From Promethearchaeota archaeon (GTDB taxonomy: Archaea; Asgardarchaeota; Lokiarchaeia; Sigyniarchaeales; SOKP01): a stretch of DNA of 64,000 nucleotides. Below the pieces are notes generated by a model that was given only the letters and a program-made list of their open reading frames with translations, ran no database searches and was not told the origin of the DNA. Position 1 is the stretch's first letter; each line of letters opens with the position of its first letter. Position numbers and translations under genes: made by a program. The stretch lies in contig JBHLOC010000010.1 of NCBI GenBank assembly GCA_048940925.1, forward strand, positions 44,694 to 108,693, given 5' to 3'. Shown here one piece after another: positions 21,836 to 30,720 of this stretch.

Positions 21836-22384
21836 ATGTTTCTAGATAAATTAAAAGAATTCCCAAAAGATAAAATTCTAATTTTAGCTACATTAATTTG
21901 TCTTTTAATTGTTCTATTAATTGAATTTTTAGTATTTATGAATATTGAAACCCCTACCTATGGAATTTTGGATTTCGAATTCGCATGGACACAGAATAGA
22001 GTAGAGACAATTTTAACCGCGTGGGGTACTGAGGGTATGAATAACCAGACCATAGCAATTTATTGGGATTTTTTATTTATAATTGGTTATGCTCCATTAA
22101 CTTTTTGTTTAATAATATTAATATTGCGGAGATCAAGTGAAAAAGTCCAGCAAATTGGACTATATATGTCAATAACTGCAATTCTCACAGGAATCTTTGA
22201 TGTAATAGAAAATATTAATCTTCTTGCAATGCTTGAGACCCCTACCTCTATAGCTGCTACAAATGCCTTTGTTGCATCCTTTTTTGCAACATTAAAATTT
22301 GGGCTATTATTTGCTGGAATTATTTATTTCATTATAGCAGTAATACTTTTCGTAATTAATAAAGTAAGAGAGCGAAATAACTAA
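21836..22384 (+). CDS. Four-TM membrane protein
   Basis: Hydrophobic helices; ILDFEFAW, DFLFIIGY and FDVIEN motifs. Confidence 0.7.
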   Translation: MFLDKLKEFPKDKILILATLICLLIVLLIEFLVFMNIETPTYGILDFEFAWTQNRVETILTAWGTEGMNNQTIAIYWDFLFIIGYAPLTFCLIILILRRSSEKVQQIGLYMSITAILTGIFDVIENINLLAMLETPTSIAATNAFVASFFATLKFGLLFAGIIYFIIAVILFVINKVRERNN

Positions 22385-22465
22385 TCTCTATTTTTTTTAA
22401 ATAGAAAGGAGAGAAGAGTGAAAAAAGCAAGGAAGTTAAACGAAAATTTAAATTATATTTCTGAT

Positions 22466-23266
22466 TTAAGGCTTCTCTGAATAAAAATCGATTAGATTAT
22501 CTAACCAATTAAAAATTTCTTCCTTTGTTAAACTATCAACATTAAATTTTAATCTTTCTAATTCTCGTATTATATTTTTCAAATCTAATGGATATGATCG
22601 TTGAGAGAGTTCAAACAAGAATTCATTACTTTTCGATACTAACGATTTTATATCTTTATCCATAGGTTCAAAGAGAGGTTCATTTGTAATTTCATCCAGA
22701 TTCTTATCTAACTCTACAAGGAAATTTATCAAATCGAATAGTCTTCCGGTTTCATTTCCCTTGAAGGATCTATCTACTTGATAGTAATAACCTCTAAAAT
22801 CATCAATTGGAATTAACTCTGAATATTGATTGGCTATTTTTATAACAGATTTGATATTCTTAAAAAGATAGGATGGTGTCCATGCATGAATATCATAGTT
22901 TGGTTCAAAATTCTGGGCTTTAATAAATAATTTGAATTTATGTTCATCTTTGAAATAACCAAAAGGTATGATTAGAAAATCCAGTGAGTTAGATATATCT
23001 TCATTCGTTTTAAATGTAAGATCTTTAATATCATGAACTTGATCAATAGAATGATTATAGAGACCAAATTTTAATTTTCTATTGTGTGGTTTATACAAAT
23101 AAAATAATAATCCTTCAAAGCCCTGTACATCTAACTCTATTTCGAACTTTATCTCTTTTTGATGATGATGTTTATTATTGAATCTTATGTCTACAAAAAT
23201 ATGATAATAATTTTCAAAATGATGGAAAAACCAGGGGGGATTACGTTTTAAATTATACATAACCAT
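22466..23266 (-). CDS. Hypothetical protein
   Basis: 266-aa ORF with no recognised motif. Confidence 0.55.
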   Translation of the reverse strand: MVMYNLKRNPPWFFHHFENYYHIFVDIRFNNKHHHQKEIKFEIELDVQGFEGLLFYLYKPHNRKLKFGLYNHSIDQVHDIKDLTFKTNEDISNSLDFLIIPFGYFKDEHKFKLFIKAQNFEPNYDIHAWTPSYLFKNIKSVIKIANQYSELIPIDDFRGYYYQVDRSFKGNETGRLFDLINFLVELDKNLDEITNEPLFEPMDKDIKSLVSKSNEFLFELSQRSYPLDLKNIIRELERLKFNVDSLTKEEIFNWLDNLIDFYSEKP

Positions 23267-23459
23267 CTCTACTATATAACTATTATTCTTATTATATTCT
23301 TATAATTCCTTAGTTAAATACTTAGGGTTCTCCAAATTATTAAAGAAATTTTTATTATTTAAACTTTACAACCACACAAAATAAGTGTACGAAGATAAAG
23401 TATAATTAAGAATAATAAAGACTAAAAAAATAAAAAAATTTTGAGATTATGTTATTTAT

Positions 23460-24338
23460 CTATATACCAAGCTTTTCTAATACACCACTTAGACGAGTAC
23501 GGTGAAATTTTAATCCTAAATCTTCAGGATTAAATCCCATTGCTAATGCATATAATTCTGTTAGATATAAAACAGGTATATTATATTCCGTTTCGAACTT
23601 CTTAGTAAGATCTCTTTGTCTAGTATCAAATTGCTGAAAACATGCAGGACAATTTACAACAATAACATCTGCATCAGCTTTTTTAATGCTATCCATCTTT
23701 TTCTTTAAATTTTCCATACCATATTCTTCATATGCATTTGTTACAGCCGAACCACAACAAAGGGCTAATTCATCATACTCCAAAACTGTAGCACCACTTG
23801 CAGCCACTAATTCTTTCAGATTTTCAGGTCTAATAGGATCATCAGATTCCATCCATTCTGCTGGACGCATGTAATGGCATCCTGGATGACAAGCTACTTT
23901 TAAACTAGATAATGGTTTAGTAATAGCCCCTTTGATCTTATCTATACCTATTTCATCTTTTAGAACATCAACAAAATGTTTCACATCTATAGAACCTTTA
24001 AATTCCTTTCCAATTTTCGCTAACTCTGAATTAACTTTTTCTTTCTTCAAATTATTATGTTCTAATTGATGTTTCACACCTCTTAAAGTATTAGCACAAC
24101 CATTACATAAAGAGACGATATCCTTCTCTTCTGCTTCAGCTAGACAAAGATTTCGAGCACCAATTACTAACCAAGCATCATTATCAAAACTTTTTACGCC
24201 AGTAGGATCTGGACAACATGAAAATGGTGCTTGAGATGTTTCTATACCAAGTTTATCAAATACTTTTCGTGAAGCAGCTTCAATAAAGGGAATTCTATTA
24301 CCAATTGTACATCCTTCAAACATTTTATATTCTGTCAT
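23460..24338 (-). CDS. hdrB: Heterodisulfide reductase subunit B (copy 1)
   Basis: GC, SCCP, CNGC, HPGCH, CCG and CPAC motifs of CCG domains. Confidence 0.92.
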   Translation of the reverse strand: MTEYKMFEGCTIGNRIPFIEAASRKVFDKLGIETSQAPFSCCPDPTGVKSFDNDAWLVIGARNLCLAEAEEKDIVSLCNGCANTLRGVKHQLEHNNLKKEKVNSELAKIGKEFKGSIDVKHFVDVLKDEIGIDKIKGAITKPLSSLKVACHPGCHYMRPAEWMESDDPIRPENLKELVAASGATVLEYDELALCCGSAVTNAYEEYGMENLKKKMDSIKKADADVIVVNCPACFQQFDTRQRDLTKKFETEYNIPVLYLTELYALAMGFNPEDLGLKFHRTRLSGVLEKLGI

Positions 24339-24356
24339 TTTTTTGTTACCCTCGAA

Positions 24357-24866
24357 TTATTTTAATTTTTTATCAGCACCTAAATTTTTAAATAATGTTT
24401 GTACTTCATCTATATTCGGATCTCTTACTTTTGGTAAACCAAGTTGTTCTCTTCTTCTTTCTATTGCTGGTTGTGACGGAATCGCTTTAGCACTCTCGAA
24501 GACCGCTTTTGCTTGGGAATAAATAAATTCTGGACCTTTTCCTAGAACAATACTTTGATTTTTTAGAAATGTAAAGATTTCAGTAAGTTCAATATTTTGG
24601 GGACACACCTCATCGCAAGTATCACAAACAGTACAACCCCAAATTGTTAAATCATCTGCTCCAAGTAATAAATCCTTGTATCCTAAAATAGCCATTAAAA
24701 TATTTTTTCTAGGGTTATAACCTTTATCTGCGTCATAAAAATCCGCTGATACATAGGTTACAGGACAATTATCTGCACATCTACTGCATTGGTAACAATA
24801 TTTAATTACATCAGGCCCAATATGATAATCCATTACTTGTTTTCTAAACTCGAAATTTGTTTCCAT
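24357..24866 (-). CDS. hdrC: Heterodisulfide reductase subunit C (copy 1)
   Basis: CYQCSRCADNCP, IWGCTVCDTCDEVCP, RREQLGLP; directly upstream of hdrB. Confidence 0.92.
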   Translation of the reverse strand: METNFEFRKQVMDYHIGPDVIKYCYQCSRCADNCPVTYVSADFYDADKGYNPRKNILMAILGYKDLLLGADDLTIWGCTVCDTCDEVCPQNIELTEIFTFLKNQSIVLGKGPEFIYSQAKAVFESAKAIPSQPAIERRREQLGLPKVRDPNIDEVQTLFKNLGADKKLK

Positions 24867-24913
24867 TTTTTTTCCACTTAATTTTCTTTTTTCGAATGAA
24901 TTTATATTAATTA

Positions 24914-24989
24914 GTAGGCTTTAACCCCACGCAAGGGGCAGTTGTATCCAATTTCCAATATTTTTATTGGATATTCATCCTAAGCCTAC
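24914..24989 (-). promoter_or_regulatory. Candidate Sec-insertion (SECIS-like) RNA structure overlapping the vhuU stop
   Basis: Minus strand: GUAGGCUU/AAGCCUAC 8-bp outer stem enclosing AUGA, a UAUCCAAU/AUUGGAUA stem with A-rich loop, and a CCCC/GGGG hairpin; the 3' GA of a canonical quartet is not cleanly present. Confidence 0.45.
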
Positions 24990-25124
24990 ATTCAACTCTC
25001 GAGAGTAAATCTCAGTGCCCTCCTCATCAACAACAGTGATGTGAGCAGCACACGATAGTCAACAGTCAAAACAGCGAACTACCATTTCTAAGAGATTTAC
25101 TACACCTTCTGGTACATCACTCAT
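24975..25124 (-). CDS. vhuU: [NiFeSe] hydrogenase small peptide VhuU, with selenocysteine at in-frame TGA 25059-25061
   Basis: Translates to MSDVPEGVVNLLEMVVRCFDC(U)LSCAAHITVVDEEGTEIYSRELNVGLG*; the TGA sits at the first ligand of the D-x-C/U-x-x-C-x-x-H motif that the upstream large subunit lacks; not in the ORF track. Confidence 0.92.
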
Positions 25125-25163
25125 CTTTTTGTTCACTTTTTTTTAATTTTCTATATATTTAAT

Positions 25164-26471
25164 TTATTTAATCCATGGGTCTGGTAATTTTAAACTATCA
25201 AGTGCCTTGTCTTCAAATACTTGTTTAGCGACATGCATTAATGTCTTCTCAATGCCTGCTATATTATGATTTGTTGCTACTAATAGGTTTGCCTTTTTGC
25301 AAATACCTTCCGCATCAGACCATATATTGTATAAGAGTAATCCACGTGGAGCTTCAGTAACGCCAACACCATTTCCTTCTCTTGGTTGGACATCTAAAGT
25401 CTTGCAATCAGGATTCACAACATCATCATCTTGTAAGAGTGTGGCAATCAGTTCAATGGATTCTACTAATTCAATTAATCGAGCCCAGTGATAAGCAAAT
25501 GTATGATGGATTACATTAGTGCCTATTTTTGCTCTCATTGCTTGTAATGCCTCATCAGCCAAAGGGGTAGCCATCTTATCTGCACAATTAATCATTGCTA
25601 ATGTATTTGCTCGATATATCCCTTCAGGATACCCTGCTGGTTTATAATACATGTGAGTTGCATATGAATGTTTTGGAATATGTTCTCCCAGAGCATCGAG
25701 ATATCTTTGAGGTGGATAATCGAATTTTTCTCCTTCTGGACTAACAATTCTAATATCTCCTTCATAAATATCATGAACTCCGTTTTTCGTAATACCCACA
25801 TAATAAGTAGGTACAACTCCTACATTAGCTACTACATCCCAATAATCTTCAACAACCTTTAAGCCAATATCTACAGTTTTTTTAGTCCACTCTATTTGAT
25901 CTTCAATTTGTTTTAAGAATAAATCTCGGACATCTTCATCTAAAGGTTTCTTCATACCACCAACGATTGCAGAAATTGGATGCACAGATTTTCCTCCAAC
26001 TGCAGCACACAATTTTTGACCAAAATCCATCATTTTTAAAGCCATCGCACCTACATCGGGCATTTGATTAATTACGTGCACAACATTCCTTAATGCGGGA
26101 TCAGCCATAGGTCCCAATAAGAAATCAGGAGCTGCAAGAGCATAAAAATGTAAAGCATGTGAGGAATATTGTTTAGCATTTTGCAATAACTGACGTAGTT
26201 TATATGCAGGAGTAGGGATTTCAACCTGCCATGCATCTTCTACTGCTTTAGTTGGAGTTAAATGATGAGGAATTGGGCATATGCCACAAATTCTCGGTGT
26301 TATTCTAGGAATATGTTCGCAATAACGTCCCTCAAGAAACTTTTCAAAAAATCTTGTTGAAGTGATGTTGAATTGTACATCTTGTATTTTCCCATCATCG
26401 CCTAAAACAAGTTTTAAACCTCCATGTCCCTCTAGTCGAGTGACTGGTTCTACTTCTATTTCTTTTACCAT
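25164..26471 (-). CDS. vhuA: Group 3c (F420-non-reducing) hydrogenase large subunit, C-terminally split
   Basis: VTRLEGHG, RFFEKFLEGR, RICGICPIPHH, EAPRG, VATNHN; ends LPDPWIK without DPCxxCxxH. Confidence 0.95.
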   Translation of the reverse strand: MVKEIEVEPVTRLEGHGGLKLVLGDDGKIQDVQFNITSTRFFEKFLEGRYCEHIPRITPRICGICPIPHHLTPTKAVEDAWQVEIPTPAYKLRQLLQNAKQYSSHALHFYALAAPDFLLGPMADPALRNVVHVINQMPDVGAMALKMMDFGQKLCAAVGGKSVHPISAIVGGMKKPLDEDVRDLFLKQIEDQIEWTKKTVDIGLKVVEDYWDVVANVGVVPTYYVGITKNGVHDIYEGDIRIVSPEGEKFDYPPQRYLDALGEHIPKHSYATHMYYKPAGYPEGIYRANTLAMINCADKMATPLADEALQAMRAKIGTNVIHHTFAYHWARLIELVESIELIATLLQDDDVVNPDCKTLDVQPREGNGVGVTEAPRGLLLYNIWSDAEGICKKANLLVATNHNIAGIEKTLMHVAKQVFEDKALDSLKLPDPWIK

Positions 26472-26474
26472 TTT

Positions 26475-27797
26475 TTATCCCCCTCCTTTAAAATCTCTAT
26501 TTGCTGCTAAAGTAAATTTTTCAAATGTACCAATTGGATCTTTTACTTGACTAAGTAATTCTTCTTTGGACAAACTCACATTAAAACCCTTTAATACTGT
26601 GTCTGCAAATCTCTCTGCTTGATCAACGTTCCATTCTGTTTGACCAAAACAACCTGTACATGGAGAATTAACTCTTATACATAAAGCACCACAGCCAGCT
26701 TTAGTAACAGGTCCCATACAAATATAACCTTGTTCAATTAGACAGTCTTCCATATTTGGAAGCCCTTCATAATCTCTTTTAACTTTTGTCATTATTGACT
26801 TACTTCCAATAATTCGGGGACATGTGTCGCATACGTTAGAAATTTCATGGAAATCAGGATTGTCCTTCAAAAATCTTAATAAATTTGAAGAAATTTCTTC
26901 TGTTGATGGAGGTAGATTAGCTAATGGAGTGTCAGGAGTTCCATGCTTTTTAACTTGCTTTAAGATATCTCCAGATAAATCAAATCCTGCCATCAAGGGT
27001 ATATTTAAAAAAAGTGTTAAGAATTCATATAAGTTTTTTTTGTCTCCCGAATTGATTGAATTCAAATCTTTAGTCATAGTATTTAACTTTTCTGCTCTCA
27101 AATCAACTGTTTTCGCGGGTCCAAAACAACCTACACAGGGTTTTCTATCGCTCGTACATTTTAAAGTACAACCAATACTAGTAATTGAACCAAAACACAT
27201 TACTCCCTCATCAAGTAAACAGTTATCCTTTATTGAACAATCATTACAAAATGCAAGATCATTCATAGGAAAAGCTTTTTGCCCTAATAAAAATTTAACA
27301 GCGCTAACAATTTGTTCTGGTTTTGGTGGACATCCAGATATATATGCATCAACATTTATTACTTCATCAACAGGAACAACTTTATCTCTAAAGCCAGGAG
27401 TATTTATGGTCGGTTCTCCACCACTCTCATCAGATATACTTTCAACTTGAGAAAATTTTCTTCTTATTAATTCTTCTATATCCCACTGATTAGCTAATCC
27501 ATGCACGTTTCCATAGCATGCACAAGTACCAAAAGAAATCACTAAAACACACTTGTCTCTCATTAGTTTAACATTGTCATAATCTTCATTAGTTCGAACA
27601 GAACCTTCAATGAAACCAACTAAAATTGATCCTGACTCTCTTTGTTTTAATGAATCAAGTTTAAAGTCAACTACAGCTGGCCAATATACAACCTCTAGTG
27701 CTGGTAGAACTGGCAACAAACCTAAATGAGCGTTTAAAAGAGATTGATGACAGCCCCAACAGTCACTTAATTGCATAAAAGCTACTTTTACTGACAT
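26475..27797 (-). CDS. vhuG: Group 3c hydrogenase small subunit with duplicated C-terminal Fe-S domain
   Basis: DCWGC, EGSVR, GTCACYG, GCPP, then two CxxC...C..EQ/EG..C.G..T..GC...C....PC.GCFG units. Confidence 0.93.
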   Translation of the reverse strand: MSVKVAFMQLSDCWGCHQSLLNAHLGLLPVLPALEVVYWPAVVDFKLDSLKQRESGSILVGFIEGSVRTNEDYDNVKLMRDKCVLVISFGTCACYGNVHGLANQWDIEELIRRKFSQVESISDESGGEPTINTPGFRDKVVPVDEVINVDAYISGCPPKPEQIVSAVKFLLGQKAFPMNDLAFCNDCSIKDNCLLDEGVMCFGSITSIGCTLKCTSDRKPCVGCFGPAKTVDLRAEKLNTMTKDLNSINSGDKKNLYEFLTLFLNIPLMAGFDLSGDILKQVKKHGTPDTPLANLPPSTEEISSNLLRFLKDNPDFHEISNVCDTCPRIIGSKSIMTKVKRDYEGLPNMEDCLIEQGYICMGPVTKAGCGALCIRVNSPCTGCFGQTEWNVDQAERFADTVLKGFNVSLSKEELLSQVKDPIGTFEKFTLAANRDFKGGG

Positions 27798-28265
27798 TTT
27801 TTCATCAATTTTATGATTTTTTTTTAATTTTTAGAAAAATAGTTAAAATAGGATATTAATTACTTTATTAAAAATTTCTGATTTATTCGTATATCTGGTA
27901 GAATTATCTTTCTTATATGAATAAATATTCAAAATTCACTATTAGGTGAATTAGGCAGTAGACATTCAATTATTATTTTTTATTATATTTTGGATTTGTT
28001 AAATAAAATATATCCAGTATCTTCTTTTATATTAATAGGAGAGTAAGTATTCAATTATTTTTTATTTATTACATTTAGCAAAATAAAATCCAAATTAAGA
28101 AATCAAATAAGATTAAAGAAAACATCCACGATGGGATAAGAATCCTTAAGTAACCCTTTCTACTCTCTTTTTTAAATTTCTATATATTAATAATTTAAAA
28201 AGAGTCTCTTGAATCATTTAAATTACAAATTTATTTTTAAAATTTTCAATAGAATAATAATAGAA

Positions 28266-28838
28266 TTAAAAATTACCGCATCCGTAACATTTCCCATCAA
28301 GATATGCGGCACAATCAGAACAAACATTCCCACAATTCACTTCTTGACTTTTCTGGCTGAAAAGATTAAGAGGTAAAAACTTCGGAACGATAAAATTTGA
28401 TACAAAAATGGTGGCTGAGTGAAGAATCCCTTTTTTATTTGTTGGTCCACAGTAATTAATATATCTATGTAACACATCAATATTCTGTCCTATGATTCCC
28501 ATAATTAAATTATATTGTCCAGTAACATGAGCTAGTAAAAAAACTCTAGGACAATCTTGATAAGCTTTAATTATATTTTGCACTTCTTCATAATTACTCA
28601 TTTCTATTAGTAGAAATAGAGATTTATATTGGAGTTCATTAATATTTGTGTTAGCTTGAACCTTAAGTACGTGAGAATCTTCTAATTTTGAAATTCTCTT
28701 TGCAATTCCCGTGTGACTCATAGTTTCATCTTTTGATTTATATATGACCTTTTCCAAGTTCAGTAAACTTTGACGTCCTTCTTTGAATAATTCAGATATA
28801 ATTTGTTTATCAATATTATCTAATAACATATTTTTCAA
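28266..28838 (-). CDS. Lrp/AsnC-type regulator with Cys-rich C-terminal tail (paralogue A)
   Basis: LDNIDKQII...GRQS...MSHTGIAKRISKLE HTH, VTGQYNL RAM-like motif, CGNVCSDCAAYLDGKCYGC tail. Confidence 0.85.
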   Translation of the reverse strand: MKNMLLDNIDKQIISELFKEGRQSLLNLEKVIYKSKDETMSHTGIAKRISKLEDSHVLKVQANTNINELQYKSLFLLIEMSNYEEVQNIIKAYQDCPRVFLLAHVTGQYNLIMGIIGQNIDVLHRYINYCGPTNKKGILHSATIFVSNFIVPKFLPLNLFSQKSQEVNCGNVCSDCAAYLDGKCYGCGNF

Positions 28839-29105
28839 ATTAATAATAAATGTAGATAATTAGATCTTAATTTCCAATTTTTAAAATTTGTCGTTTATAA
28901 AAATTTTGCTCAACGAAATTGTGATATTCTATTTGCTATAAACAATTCTCTATTAAAAATTGCTGAAGTGATTTATGTAACTACAATTTGATTTAACAAA
29001 CTTGAATCGATACTTCATATATTTGATGTTTGATATTAACTTTTGTATTCATAATTAATCAGTTAAAAAATTGTTTCTCTATTCTATTAACATAAATGTT
29101 ACTGG

Positions 29106-29150
29106 TTTTCAAATTGAAACTTTGAATAAAAAATTGTTGCAAAATGAAAC
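29106..29150 (+). promoter_or_regulatory. Tandem GTT-N9-AAC-type palindromic operator pair upstream of Lrp paralogue B
   Basis: TTTTCAAATTGAAAC (29106) and GTTGCAAAATGAAAC (29136), 30 bp apart. Confidence 0.55.
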
Positions 29151-29235
29151 CAGAAGGTAATTGAATAGCGTAATTATTCAAAATCACAAAAAATAATGAT
29201 ATGTTTTTTATATCAGAGATTCTAGTAATATTAAT

Positions 29236-29799
29236 ATGCCTCTTGATAAGATTGATAAACAGATACTTAGAGCATTATATGAAAATGGTCGAGAAAGTTT
29301 AAGTTCCTTGAGTAATATCATTACTAAATCAAATCAAGAAACTATGAGTCACACGGGAATTGCAAAGAGAATTTCAAAATTAGAAAATTCTCATGTACTT
29401 AAGGTTCAGGGAAACGTAAATATAAAGAAGCTAAATTATAGAATTGCTTTTATTTTGATTGAAATGGAGAATTTTGAAGAAGTACAAAATATAATTAAAG
29501 CTTATCAAGAATGCCCTAGAGTTTTTTTACTAGCTCATGTTACTGGACAATATAACTTAATTATGGGAATTATAGGTCAAGATATGGATGTTATACATAG
29601 ATACATTAATTATTGTGGTCCTACAAATAAAAAAGGGATTCTACATTCTGTAGTTATTTTTGCTTCTGAATTTTTATTCCCTAATTTTCTTCCTCTTAAC
29701 ATTTTTAGTGGTATCAGTAAAGAATATAAATGTGAAAACATTTGTAAAGTTTGTGACGCCTTCCTCGACGGAAAATGCAAGGGATGCGGTAATTTTTAA
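29236..29799 (+). CDS. Lrp/AsnC-type regulator with Cys-rich C-terminal tail (paralogue B)
   Basis: Same architecture as 28266-28838; CENICKVCDAFLDGKCKGC tail. Confidence 0.85.
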   Translation: MPLDKIDKQILRALYENGRESLSSLSNIITKSNQETMSHTGIAKRISKLENSHVLKVQGNVNIKKLNYRIAFILIEMENFEEVQNIIKAYQECPRVFLLAHVTGQYNLIMGIIGQDMDVIHRYINYCGPTNKKGILHSVVIFASEFLFPNFLPLNIFSGISKEYKCENICKVCDAFLDGKCKGCGNF

Positions 29800-29876
29800 G
29801 GTTAAAAGTGATTTCAAATTTAATAAAAAATTGGTTCTTTTTTTAATGTTAGTTAATAAATTATAATTTATTTTTA

Positions 29877-29952
29877 GTTTCAGATTTAAATATTCGTCAG
29901 AATATTGTTAAAAATTTAAACTTTATGTATTTTGATTGTTTAAATTATCCAA
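29877..29952 (+). promoter_or_regulatory. Three spaced operator-like boxes upstream of the HxxCH protein genes
   Basis: GTTTCAGATTTAAAT (29877), GTTAAAAATTTAAAC (29907), GTTTAAATTATCCAA (29938); spacing 30 and 31 bp. Confidence 0.45.
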
Positions 29953-30069
29953 TTTAAGTAATGCTTATAAAATAAGCATTTTTTTTTAAATTTAAAACAA
30001 TTTAACTTAAAAAAAAATAATTCGCAAAAATTATAGGCTATTTTTAAAAATTAAAAAGTGAAAGCAAAA

Positions 30070-30714
30070 ATGAAGAAAAAAATTTTTCGGATATTCATAA
30101 TTTTCTTATTTGTCTTCGCTGCAATAGGTACAGTTAATGCATGGCCAGGCCATATGATTGAATGGGAAAAAAAAGATCATGGCTCCTGTCATTCTGGTGA
30201 ATATACTGTCGGCTCAGGTGGTTTGACAGGCGTAGTTACTCCAACTGGAACAAAAACACCTGGTCAGCAATTTACCGTTGAATTAGATATCAAAGGTTTT
30301 ACGGAGGCTGCCAATAAACATGTTGTTGTTGGTGTCTCAGCACGGTTAGCAGATAACAACAAATTTTACCTAGGTGTTCAAGAGGAAGATGATGCTCATT
30401 ATGCAGAAGGAGTTGAAGTTGGATTAGATAGTTCTGGTAATGCAAATAATACAGTAATTTTAGAATTTTATGCGCCTACTGAAGATGGAAATTATACTTT
30501 GAGTATAATCGCAGCTGAAGGGGGAGAATCTTATGCTACAGCACATGCTTTTAATTACCTTGAATTACTCATACCTACAGAAGTAGTTACTCCAAAAAAG
30601 GGCGGTGAAACTATTCCTGGTTTTGATTTGTACATAATACTTACTGTTGGACTTTTAACCAGCGTTCCGATTGTTTTAATGGTTATCCGTAAATGGAGAA
30701 AAATAAAGAGATGA
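30070..30714 (+). CDS. Exported, membrane-anchored putative c-type cytochrome with HxxCH motif (Reeler-like beta domain, IPGF-TM anchor)
   Basis: Signal peptide ending VNA-WP, HGSCH at 30178-30192, IPGFDLYIIL...RKWRK tail; next to ccm genes; ATG 30070 preferred over GTG 30058. Confidence 0.7.
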   Translation: MKKKIFRIFIIFLFVFAAIGTVNAWPGHMIEWEKKDHGSCHSGEYTVGSGGLTGVVTPTGTKTPGQQFTVELDIKGFTEAANKHVVVGVSARLADNNKFYLGVQEEDDAHYAEGVEVGLDSSGNANNTVILEFYAPTEDGNYTLSIIAAEGGESYATAHAFNYLELLIPTEVVTPKKGGETIPGFDLYIILTVGLLTSVPIVLMVIRKWRKIKR

Positions 30715-30720
30715 TATAAA

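Noticed and set aside
26824-27450. 208-aa plus-strand ORF and the other short overlapping ORFs in the track (e.g. 1375, 3941, 8569, 41089, 50532, 51324, 62713)
   Set aside because: Antisense or alternate-frame shadows of better-supported genes, with no motifs of their own.
27745-27765. CxxCH matches in VhuG (CWGCH, also in copy 2) and HdrB2 (CPFCH) as heme c sites
   Set aside because: These are cytoplasmic proteins without signal peptides, and the Cys are standard Fe-S ligands.
27800-28260. Hidden Sec-containing vhuD upstream of vhuG
   Set aside because: AT-rich sequence with no MvhD-like motifs in the frames read, even allowing TGA.
29106-29150. GTTTCAA/TTGAAAC words as CRISPR repeat ends
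   Set aside because: Only 15-bp imperfect boxes in promoters; no array of identical repeats with unique spacers, and no cas genes.
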